64,000 nt of DNA, taken from the NCBI GenBank assembly GCA_964016885.1, contig OZ024740.1, positions 425,444,001 to 425,508,000 on the forward strand. The letters run 5' to 3'. This stretch comes from Eledone cirrhosa (lineage: Eukaryota). Each line of letters starts with the position of its first letter. The first letter of the stretch is position 1. Shown in pieces: positions 23,722 through 34,858 of this stretch. The notes under the pieces are model-generated. The model was not told where the DNA came from. It was given only the letters and a program-made list of their open reading frames with translations, and did no database searches. The translations under genes and the position numbers were made by a program.

Positions 23722-26700
23722 ATGGCCGTATTAAGAGTAGGATGTTTAAATGTTCGAGGCCTGGGATCGACCTGGAAGCAGGCTAACCTGCTAAACGATC
23801 TCAGGTCTCTAGAAATGGATGTAATTGCCGTCAGCAAGACCAGGATTTTAGACACGCGCGCACTATCCCCCATTTTCGACGACTATCAGATCTTTGCATC
23901 TGTTAGCCAGCCGCGAATGTGAGGCGGGGTGGCAGTGCTGTTTAGGAAAGGCCTGGATCTCGAGGTAAGGTCGATCTTCCGGGACCCGGACAAGAAGTTG
24001 GTGGTCCTGGACGTGAACAATATCGTAGGTGGTGCCTTTAGACTGGTGGCCGTCTATTCTCCTATTGGAGTAGGACGCCTGGAAGCCTTTCTGGGCACGT
24101 CTCGCCCTTTACTGTTGGCGGGGGGCTGGAACGGCATCTTAGACGCACGTTGGGACTGTGTGGGAGTATCCGATAGAAGCGGGGGATGCAAAAGCCTCAA
24201 GAACCTGATCAGCCAGTTACAACTGTCTGACAGGTACCGACTAGATTTCCCTAATGCGCCAGTGTGGACCTGGGCTAACCGCATAGGGTCATCTAGATCG
24301 TATATAGACAGGATATTCATTAGGAAAATAGACAGAAATAGTGTAAGCTGTCCACGTTTTGAAACGGTCGCCTATTCAGATCTTTGTGATCAGTATGGTC
24401 GACCTAGATAAGACGCGTAGGTTAGGACCTGGTTACTGGAAGCTAAACTGTCATTTCCAGCACGCAAGGCTTACAGTGAGCAGGTCAACAATTTAGTTAA
24501 GAAAAAGTTGACAGGGGGAGTCGTCAACAATCGATGGTGGGGGGGGGGGGGGGGGCTCTCAATAGAGAGATTAGAATAGTGTCGATAGAGTTTAGCAAAG
24601 AAGTAGCGTTAGAGAAAAATAGAAAGGAGGGGGAGTTGGTAGATAAGTTAGACGAGGCTATTGGTAGTGGCATTGCAACTGACGGGCTAGCTGCGAGAAT
24701 GGCATTAGACCATTTCTTCAATGCGAAACACGGAGGTTGCATTGTCAGAGCTAAGGCGCGTGCTCTGAGAAATGAGGGAACCAAAGCTGTTCGATGGGCC
24801 CGCGTGGCAGAGGCGCAGCGTGGTAATAAAACCACGATTCGGTCTTTGACGGACTGAGACGGACACGAGCTGAACGATTCCAAGCGGATGTGTGAGGCCT
24901 TTCGCCAACATTTTGTTCGGTTGTTCGGGGGAAGTGGCGGATCAGAGATGGTGGCGGACTTCAGTCCCTACCTCGATGGCATGCCGCAACTCTCGACGGC
25001 TGACACTGGGCGCTGCGAAAGGCCAATTACTTCAGCCGAGATTCAGGATGCCCTTGTCGGCTGCATGAGGCGCAAGTCACCCGGTTTGAATGGTCTGCCC
25101 TACTAGCTTTACGTAAATATGCCAGACTTGTTCTCCAATCTCCTCGATGCCCTCTACTGCAACTGGTTGCAAAACGGGAGTATTCCCAGTTCTGTGAGCC
25201 GGGGCGTAGTGACGCTGATAAGGAAAGACGAAAATAAGAGGGACACATTAGGCAATTTCAGGCCCATAACTCTGCTCAACACAGAGTTTAAGATTTTGGC
25301 CAGGGTGTTAGCGAAGAGGTTGGCGCTTGTTGTCGGGGATTTGGTTGGGGAGGCGCAAACTTGCGCAATCCCAACCAGGTCCATACACGACAACCTCCAC
25401 CTAATGCGATACATCAAAGAGAGGGTAGGGTGTAAATCTGGCTTCGGTGGGGTACTGATCAATTTAGATCAATCGAAAGCATTCGATAGGGTCGACCATC
25501 GGTACCTGGAGGCTGTCCTCAAGGCGGCTGGCTTCGGCCCCGTCTTCAGAAGCTGGATCGCTGCAATGCACAGCGGCACCTGCTCGATGGTCAAAATTAA
25601 TGGCCACCTCTCGGAACCGTTTCAGGTCTCCCGATCGGTCCGTCAAGGGTGCCCTCTCTCTCCTCCCTTCTGTACGTATTGACTCTCGAGCTTTTACTGC
25701 GGAAGCTGGAGCTGCTGCAGGGCATCCCGCTCGAACCGGGACGTGGAAAGGCTGTGTCGGCTTATGCGGACGACATCACCGTGATGGTGTCGGACACCTC
25801 AGAAATCGAGGTGGTCGGCAACTTATTGGAGGAATATGAAAGGTTGACGGGTATCAAAACTCAACCCGGAAAAGTCGGTGGGCTTGCAACTCGGCACCTA
25901 GAGAGGCAAAGCCATGCCGTCCAACAGCGTCGTTAGGCGCTGGACGAACGGACCGGTAAAGTAGCTAGGGGTTTGGTTCGGGCCAGACCTCCAGGTGGAT
26001 AAGAACCGGGATCAGGTGACGGGCAGGATAGCCAGTCTCACCCAGAAATGGGCTGGGATGAAGCTATGACTGAAAGGTCGGGCGGAGGTGGCGAACGCGT
26101 ACATCGCGTCCGTCATCTACTACCGTCTGACCGTCGTCTCTTGCTCCCGTCGCGCCTCGCCATCTTGAAGCGGCTCCTCTTCAAATTCTTGTGGAGGGGT
26201 CAGGTTCCGCTGGTGAGGCGGTCCATCTGCTGCCAGCACCCTCTACGTGGAGGGCTGGGCATGCCGTGGCTAATGATGCGCAGGCACGCACTGAGGCTGC
26301 GGCATCTCCAGATATTCTGCCTAAACGGTAAACTGGTGTGGTCGCCGTTTGACAGACGGGCCTTACCGCAGCTCGTTTCTTTGATTAAGTTGCAGTCCTG
26401 GGTCAAGAAAAGACCGAGACTGGGTGACTGGCATCTGGAATGTTGCCAGGCACTCACTGCCCTCTACCAGGCGGGCAATGCGGTCAGTGGAACTTCCACT
26501 CTCGAGTTCTATAGAGGATTAGCGGAGAGGCTCTGGGAGTCAACGAAGTCGAACTAACCAGTCTGTACCGGAGGACTTTCGAGCCGGGGACGATGGATAA
26601 TTTCCAAAAATCCCTCGACTGGCAGTGCTACCGGGGGGGGGGGGGCACTGCCGGTTCGAGATAAACTCTACAGGCACGGAAGTGCTGTCAGACGGACCTG

Positions 26701-27115
26701 CCCGAGATGCGCGCAGTGCGACGAAACCTCTCTGCACGCACTCGTCCAGTGTCCGTGCATTACTGACTTGTGGAGTTATGTTGAACAGCAGTTGTCGCGT
26801 GTAGAACGAATCCGGCTATCGGCCGAGTCCATAGTGAAGATCGAACCGCCGCCTTCTTTTGGTCAGGAAGGGCAGGCAATTTTCCTCTGTCTGGTGGCAG
26901 TTGCGAAAGAGGTTATATGGTGGACCAGGTTAAAAGGACTGAAGACAGACACTTATCTCTTCGGCCAATCCCTCATCAACTTTTTCAAGTTTCACTTGGA
27001 AAGGAAGGTGAGGCTGGAGAGAGAAGTGCTGCCCCTCAGTACATTTGCTGAGAGGTGGGTGAATGTGGCGAGAATTGCCCGTGTGAGTGGGCCTACTCTG
27101 TTCATTAGGCTGTGG
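23722..27115 (+). pseudogene. Family C ORF2 (APE-RT-Cys motif); frameshifted
   Basis: MAVLRVGCLNVRGL; NFRPITLLNTEFKI; LDQSKAFDRVDH; QGCPLS; AYADDIT; CPRCAQCDETSLHALVQC. Confidence 0.92.
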
Positions 27116-27340
27116 AAGAAAGGGGTGCCCTTCCAGGGTGCTCTCGAAGCGTCGGGTCGTTCAGGATTGGTGTGGTACCTGAGCGAACCCTGGGTGGTCA
27201 TGCCCCCTATTGGGGAATTTTTCTTGTTGTAATTTTATTGTTACTTCCCAGTCTTTTGTATTGTCCTCTATATGTCGGCTCTTGTGGCCAATAAATGAAA
27301 TGATTATTATTATTATTATTATCATTATTATTATTATCCA

Positions 27341-27535
27341 AGGGCGGTGGATTGGCAGTATCGGTAGTGGGTCGGACGCCATGCTTTGCAGCATAGAGTA
27401 ACGGCCCTTTATGGTCTGAGTTCAAATCCTGCCGAGGTTAACTTTGCCTTTCATCCTTACGGGGTCGATAAAATAAAGTACCAGTAATGTACTGGATAAT
27501 TGCTGGCCTTGTGCCTAAAGTAGAAACAATTATTA
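27341..27535 (+). mobile_element. tRNA-derived SINE
   Basis: A-box-like TGGCAGTATCGG, B box GTTCAAATCC, 3' end GCCTAAAGTAGAAACAATTATT. Confidence 0.9.
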
Positions 27536-27776
27536 CTTAAATATTCCGACCTTGCAGCCCCTATAGGAACAGAGCACCATTGCGGTTGGTCTGAGGCCAA
27601 TTAAGGCTTCAGCTTGTAAATTGCTAGAGAAGCCTTACAAAAAAATAAAAAAATAAATCCTTATCGTTGTTATGAATGTAGGCGCCAGTCAAAATGTTGG
27701 GTGAACTATTAACAACCCCAACTTTTAATTCCAAGAAGTATTTCATTTATTTCAATAATGTTCTTAGATAATAACC

Positions 27777-27790
27777 GTATCCATAGCAAC
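27777..27790. promoter_or_regulatory. RFX X-box-like motif GTATCCATAGCAAC
   Basis: Fits the GTHNYY-AT-RRNAAC consensus; ~85 nt upstream of the ATG at 27874. Confidence 0.35.
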
Positions 27791-28179
27791 TGTCCAGGAA
27801 ACCATTCTCTTTACAACAGAGGCTTTATGCCTATTTAAGAAATAATAATATTGTCGATTTCTTTTATTTCTACATGGATGACGAATGGGAGACATTAAAT
27901 AATGATAATATTAAAACCAATACCAACGATAACAACAATAACAACAATAACAACAACAACAATGACAATACCAAAAATATTATTAATAATGAAATTAACA
28001 ACAACGAAAACAAAAACATCACCAATATTATTGTAAATAGTAAAACTAACTACAACAGCAATAATAACGCCAATATTATTATTAATAATAAAATTAACAA
28101 GAGCAAGAATTGTAACAAAAGTAACAACAACAATAGCACCACCAGCAACAACAACCACAATGCCAATATTATTATCAAT

Positions 28180-28360
28180 GGTGGATTGGCAGTATCGGTA
28201 GAGGGTCGGACGCCATGCTTTCCAGCATAGTTACGTCCCTTTACGATCTGAGTTCAAATCCCGCCGAGGTTAACTTTGCCTTTCATCCTTACGGGGTCGA
28301 TAAAATAAAGTACCAGTAATGCACTGGGTAATTGCTGGCCTTGTGCCTAAAGTAGAAACA
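28180..28360 (+). mobile_element. tRNA-derived SINE with 12-bp target-site duplication
   Basis: Same family as 27341; ATTATTATCAAT at 28168-28179 and 28361-28372. Confidence 0.9.
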
Positions 28361-28762
28361 ATTATTATCAATAACAACAATAACACCAACAACACCAATA
28401 ACACCAATAACAACAATAACACCAACAAAACCAACCACAACAATACCAATATTATCATTAATAATAACATTTACAACAACAACAACAACAATGGCAACAG
28501 CAATAACAATGATTTCTTTATTAACCACAAGGGTTTACATAAAGTAGACATTAAGGACAGTGCGGGACAATACAGGACGGTACAAAGGGGCATTTCTGCG
28601 TGTAAAAAAACAAAAACAGAGAATGTAACAAAAAAATAACAATGAAAAATTCCCCAATAGGGGGGAGACTTCGGAGGGACAATTGTGGATAAAGCCCAGT
28701 AAAAGGCCACAGTGACCCTGACCACCAAGGCAAGTGCCCTCTCCCAATTTTCCACCTTTAAT

Positions 28763-31700
28763 TTACAGATACATACTCAGAGTAGGCCCATTCACTCGGC
28801 CATTCTTGCTTCTCTCACCTATCTTTCAACAAAATGCTGGGAAGAGAGCACTTCCCTCTCTACTCTGATTTTCCTTTTCAAATGAAATTTGAAAAAGTCA
28901 ATCAGGGCATCACCGAAGAGGTAAGTGCTCGTCTTCAGCCCTTTCAAACGTGTCCACCATACTATCTCTTTCGCCATGGCCACCAGACAGATAAAAACTG
29001 TCTGCCCTTCCCGGCTAAAGGAAGAGGGCGGGGCAATCCTCACGATGGACTCAGCTGATAGCTGGATCCGTCCTACACGCGACAGCAGGTGTTCGACATA
29101 AACCCACAAGTCAGCAATGCGCGGACACTGGACGAGTGCGTGCAGGACGGTTTCGTCACCCTGCGCGCATCTCGGACATGCCCGGCTGACAGCACCTCCA
29201 TGCCTGTAGAGTTTATCCCGAACTGGCAAAGATCCTCAGTAGCACTGCCAGGCCAGTGATTTCTGGAAGTTGTCCATAGGCCCCGGCCCGAAAGTCCTTC
29301 CGAAGAGATTGGCTAGTTGATTTTCGTCGACGCCTAGAGTTTCCCCAAGTACGTCGTCGCTCTTCTCCTCCACTAATCCTCTATAGAACGCCGAGGTAGA
29401 GTTTCTACCGATCACATTGCCCGATTGGTCGAGGGCTGTGAGCGCCTGAAGAGATTCCAGTCTCCAAGCGCTCCCTCTCGGTCTTCGCTTGACCCAGGAC
29501 TGCAGCTCCGTCAAGGAGACGAGCTGGGGAAATACGTGTCTAGCAAACGGCGACCACACCTGATCACCGTCGAAGAAGAGTTGCAGATGTCGTAGCCTGA
29601 GCGCGTGTCTGCCCATCATCAGCCACGGCATGCCCAGCCCTCCACGTAGCGGGTGATGACAACAGATGGACCACCTGACCATCAGAGCGCGTCCCTTCCA
29701 CAAAAAGCGAAAGAGCAAACGCTCCAGCGCAGTCAGGCGGGGCTTAGGACAAGGTACGACGGTCAGGCGGTAGCAAATGACAGACGCGATGTACGCGTTA
29801 GCCACCTCCGCTCGACCTTTCAGGGATAGCTGCCTCTCCGCCCATTTTTGGGTGAAAGAAGCCACACTGCTCGTCACCTCGTCCCAGTTTTTGTCCGTCT
29901 GGAGGTCCGGACCGAACCAGACCCCTAGCAATTTAACCGGTCCGTCCGTCCAGCGTCCGACGACGCTGTTGGACGGCATGGACCTGCTTCTCCAGGTGCC
30001 GAGCTGCAGGCCCACTGACTTTTCCTGGTTGATCATTGCTCCTGTCACCGCTTCGTATTCTCTTAGTGTAGTGCCGATCGCATCGATGTGTTTGGAGTTC
30101 GACACCACTACGGTGAGATCCTCCGCATATGCTTACACGAATCTTCCGCATCCTAGTTCGCGCATGACGCCCCTCAACGTCTCCAGTTTGTGCAGTAATG
30201 GCTCGAGAGTCGATACCTACAAGAAGGACGAGAGGGGACATCCTTGGCGGACCGAGCGCATGATGTTGAACGGTTCCGAAAGGTGACCGTTCACTCTCAC
30301 CACAGAGCAGATGTCGCTGTCCATGGCAGCGATCCAGCCTCTGAAGACGGGCCCGAAGCCAGCCGCCCTCAGGACGGCCGCTCGGTAACGATGGTCGACC
30401 CTATCGAAAGCTTTCGACTGATCTAAATTGATCAAGGACCCACCCGTGCCAGGTTCCCTAGCTACCCTCTCTACGATGTATCGCATGAGGTTGACGTTGT
30501 CGTGGATGGATCTGTCGGGAATGGCGCATGTCTACGCCTCTCCTACCAGACCACCAACGCCAAGCACCAACCTCTTTGCTAGCACCTTGGCCAAAATCTT
30601 GAACTCTGTGTTTAGCAGAGTTATGGGCCTGAAATTATCTATGTTATCCCCCTTGTTCAGATCCTTTCTCACAGTGCCACCGCTCCTCGGCTCACAGAGC
30701 TGGGAATCCCCCCGTTCTGTTGCCAGTTGCAGTAGACGACCGCCAAGAGGCTTCCGAACAAGTTTGGCATCTGTACGTAAAGTTCATAGGGCAGACCATC
30801 CAAACCAGGCGATTTACCCTTTGTGCAGCCAGTCATTGCCTCCCGTACTTCAGCGGCTGTTATCGGCTTTTCGCAACACTCCGCCTCAGTGGCCGAGAGC
30901 CGCGGCAGTCCGTTGAGGTAGACACTAAAGTCCATCCCTCGTCCCGGCCCACCGCTGCCCCCGAACTTCTGAGCGAAGTGTCGCTGAAAAGCTTCACACA
31001 TTTACCCGGGATCGAGTAACATGCGCCCGTCGTTGTCCACCAAAGACCGGATCGTGGCTTTGTTCCCACAACGCTCCTCCGCCAATCGGGCCCATTGAAC
31101 GGCTTTCGTCCCCTCGTGTCTGAGAGCAGGCACCCTAGCTCTGACAACGCAGCCTTCGTGATTTGCATTGAAGAATTGGTCAAGGGCCAATTTTACCGCA
31201 AGTACGTCGGTCGCGATGCCTTTGCTAAGCGCCTCGTCTAATTTTCTAACTAGTTCTCCCTCTGCTCTATTTTTCTCTATTGCTAAAGCCTTACTAAACC
31301 TAATGGACTCTTCTAATCGTTCTTTTCAGAGCAAACCACCACTTGTTGTTGACGATGGCCCCGTCAACGCCCGCTTAACTAGTTCGCTAATCCGGTCTCT
31401 GTAGGCCTTACGCGCCGGTAAGGACGCGTTTAGCTTCCAGTAGCCGGGTCCTCGTCTATGAAGCCTATCTAAGTCAAGCACACAGATCACGAATCTGTGG
31501 TGCGTATAGCTGATTATCTTGAATTGTGAACAGCCTATGCTAGACCTATCTATTTCCGTACAAAATACTCTATCTAGATATGATCTGGATGACCCTATGC
31601 GATTTGTCCAAGTCCACATTGGCACATTCGGGAAATCCAATCGGTACCTGTCAGACAGTTCAAAACGCCTGAGCAGGTTGGTGTGGCTCTTGCACCCTCC

Positions 31701-32175
31701 TCCCCTATCCGCTAATCCCACACAGTCCCAGCGTGCATCTAAGATCCCGTTGCAGTCGCCCACTAACACTAAAGAGCGGGACGTTCCAAGAAAGGTCTCC
31801 AGACGCCGGAATAAATCAGGGCGCTCTGCTCCTGTCGGGGCATAGACGGCCACTAGCCTGAAAGCTTGCCCGTCTCCGCTGGTCACGTCCAGCACCACCA
31901 ACTTACCCTCTGGGTCCAGGAAGATGGCCCGTATGGCGAGATCCAAACCTCACCGAAAAAGCACAGCAATTCTCCCCCGATCCAGGACGGCTGGGAGATG
32001 CGTACACATCGTAGCCGCCGAAGATCGGTGCGAAGGCCCGTGCTTCGGAGATTCTGGTCTCGCTGATGGCCACTACGTCAATGTTTAGTGACCTGAGGTC
32101 GTTGAGCAGGTGACCCTGCTTCCATGACGACCCCAAGCCACGTGCATTTATGCTGCCTATTCTGAGTGAGGTCAA
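28763..32175 (-). pseudogene. B' ORF2 (APE-RT-Cys motif); frameshifted, start codon reads TTG
   Basis: ORF pieces 31903-32175, 31326-31946, 30669-31001, 30217-30486, 29236-30108 and 28819-29229 (CPRCAQGDETVLHALVQC). Confidence 0.92.
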
Positions 32176-32214
32176 GTTGAAATGGAGTGGAAAAGATGGG
32201 AAAGACCACTTACC

Positions 32215-33828
32215 TTACTTTTCGTAGAGGAAGTATGGTTTCTCCATCCCTTTTTCACATGATCGTCTGGTGAAGGGACCGTTGAATCGTCCCTTCGGCT
32301 GGTCGTCGGTTCTTCTATGAGTATGTCCGAATATACTCACCGGTTGAGAGTCCCTCCTAGGTCTCTGAAATCACCAACTGCTTTGGGGAATTTCGTTTTA
32401 ATGTTTGTGTATTGTTTCTGTGCTATTCTTACCAGTCTTAAGTTCGTTGGTGTTTTGATTGGTGCTGGTATTATGTAGTCGTGCTGTGAAATGTCTGTGT
32501 GTTCAATTATGTAAGTTATTAGTTTCTTGTTGTGTGTATTTATTGCCGTACATTTGTTTTTCTGGGGGTGGGGGTGGTTCTGCTATTTTCTTGTCGTTGT
32601 TGCTGGGTGTGTGTGTTTTGTTGTTGTGTTTGCGATGTTGGTGCTTGTGGTGGTGGTGTTGAAGGTGTTGTTGTTGTTGGCGGAAGGGTTGTCGCCGGTG
32701 GTGATGGTGTTGGTGGTGTTGCTGCTGTGAGTCTCTTTGCAGTAGCCTTTACCTTTTTTCATTTCTTTCCTCCCTTTTCGAAGGCGACGATGCACTGCTT
32801 CTGCGTTTGTGCCCATTTGCGACCTTTTGCCATCCCTCTCTCACCTCACACTCCATGTCTGATTCTGTGAGGTCGGGGAGAGGTACCAGCTCCACTCTTT
32901 CACTTGTTGTTGTTGGTGATGTTTGCAGTGGAGTCTCTGTTGCAGCTGCAGTTGGTTTTACAGTTGTTGTTGTTAATACTTCCACTGCTGTTGCTGTTCT
33001 TGATTTCCGTGGCGTGGGTATGGGTGCCACGGACCTATCGTTCCTCGTTGCCGCTTGTCCTGTTGCTGGTAGCAGTGGAGCCGGTTTCGGAAGGAGGGGT
33101 TTTCTCCTTTCTCAGGGTCTTCTCGTTGCAGAAGGCCCTGAGTTGAGTCTTCGATTCACAGCGAAAGCATTTCGGGCGTTTGCCCTCAACACTTATGGGC
33201 AGTTGAGTGCCGTTATCGAAGTCTATCACATCCGGGATAGCTTCAATGCACTCCTGGTTGGTTTGGATTAACATCTCAATGGAGGTGCCGACCCAATCTT
33301 CTGTTACTTTTTCTGTACTTGCAGTATAGTTGTTTTGTCCTCGATTCCGACGAGGACAGACGCGGCCAGCCAAGAAGGGGCCATCCCGGGGGGGGGGGGG
33401 GGGGACGTGGGTCAGTTTGACTCTCACAATTTTTTGCCCGCAGTAGGAGGGCACCAACACCATTTCCTCGTTCCTTAGAGTCACTAAGGATTGAGCCTTT
33501 GCCTCCTGGGGTGTGGCAAAAAGCACGTCTACGGTGGTATATTTCTTGCCTCGGGTGATATGCGTTTTCCGCTGCCACACAGACCCTAAGGCTTTTTGTA
33601 TTTGAGCCTCTGTGGCTCTTTCAACCCTACGGGATTTTGTGCTTAGTGTACGGTACGTGACCGTACAGTGCTGTTGGGTTTCAAAAAATGTTTCGGCTGC
33701 CTTGCAGATTGCTCGGTGTCCGGTTTTTGTCACCATCTTCTTTGCTTCCTGTAATTCCTCATTTGTTATGAGGATAGTTTCCAGGTTCTTTACGTTACCT
33801 GCAAACGAGATTGGTTTTTCTTTGCTGC

Positions 33829-33879
<51 letters not shown>

Positions 33880-34350
33880 CATCAGAGCTGCTGTTCTTTT
33901 GTTGTTGCTGCAGGTACTACAACTACTGCCGCCGCCGCTGTTGCTGTGGTTGTTGTTGTTGTTGCTGCTGCTGCCGTTGTTGTTGCTGTTGCTGCTAATG
34001 CTGTTGTTGTTTATGCTGCTGCTGATGCTGTTGCGGCTGCTACTGTTGTTTTCCTTGTCAGTGTTGCTGCTGCTGCTGCTGCTGTTATTACGGCTGCTAC
34101 TGCTATTATTCATGACGTCAGACGAATGAAATGGGTTTTCGTATTTACCGCACACATTTTTCGTCGTTGTCGTCGTCGTGGAGAAATGTTCCATGTTTTG
34201 CACGTGATTTTGGAAACTATTTTTCTTTACTGGCGTCGCTTGCGTAAGAGAAGGGAGGGAGAGAGACAATCTTCTCTCTGCTGTAGTGACGATTGAGGAA
34301 GAAGACGGAATGAGTGGAAGTGACTTGTGAAAATTCTTTTTTGTAGCCAT
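32215..34350 (-). pseudogene. B' ORF1 (Ser/Asn-rich N-terminus, degenerate CCHC knuckle); frameshifted
   Basis: VEGKRPKCFRCESKTQLRAFC; LVPSYCGQ shared with the B ORF1. Confidence 0.8.
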
Positions 34351-34858
34351 TTTTTGGGGGGGGGTTTCAAATAAATATTGGGCACAAAACCCCAATAAGC
34401 AGTTATTTAACCCCGAAGGGCCAAATAACGGGCAGAAAGACCCCTCTCACGAGGAGGAGGGTGTTTTGTCTACAGTTTGGTTAAAGTTTTAAACAATTTA
34501 CAATTGTTATAGCGGTCAAAATTTACAATACTTTACAGAGACGAGCCTCCGTCAACCATGGCATTCAATAATAATAATAATAATAATAATAATGATTTCA
34601 TTTATTGGCCACAAGGGCCGACATATAGGGGACAATACAAAAGACTGGGACAGTGGGTTTTTACAGAAAAATCGAGTAAACAATATGAATAACAATACCA
34701 AAGTAACAATAACCAAGTAACAATACAATAACAAGAAAATTACAACAAGAAAAAATTCCCCACCTAGGGTTCGCTCAAGTACCCCACCAGTCCTGAACGA
34801 CCCGACGCTTCGAGAGCACCCTGGAAGGGCACGCTTCTCCTCCTCAAATTTACCTACC

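Larger units (their letters stand above)
21465..27301 (+). mobile_element. Tx1-like non-LTR retrotransposon, family C; near full length (~5.8 kb)
   Basis: Begins directly after (ATT)n 21431-21464; ends AATAAATGAAAT plus (ATT)n; contains ORF1 and ORF2. Confidence 0.93.
27536..28510 (+). mobile_element. Possible 5' remnant (5'UTR plus Asn-rich ORF1 start) of another Tx1-like element, interrupted by a SINE
   Basis: Starts at a SINE ATT tail; X-box at 27777-27790; ATG 27874 MDDEWETLNN followed by Asn-rich sequence like the ORF1 N-termini of families A-C. Confidence 0.35.
28511..34566 (-). mobile_element. Tx1-like element B' (~6.05 kb): family B ORF2 and 3'UTR with a divergent 5'UTR/ORF1
   Basis: 3'UTR and ORF2 are near-identical to copy B; the 5' end abuts (ATT)n 34567-34593. 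Confidence 0.93.

Noticed and set aside
23897-24042. Segment missing in C' looks like a GT...AG intron
   Set aside because: The actual C' junction (GCATCTGGTGG) does not match the predicted splice product (GCATCTACTGGTGG); it fits CTG microhomology instead.
34113-34120. CRE palindrome TGACGTCA in B' 5' region
   Set aside because: A single 8-mer is expected about once per window by chance, and it is not seen in the other elements.
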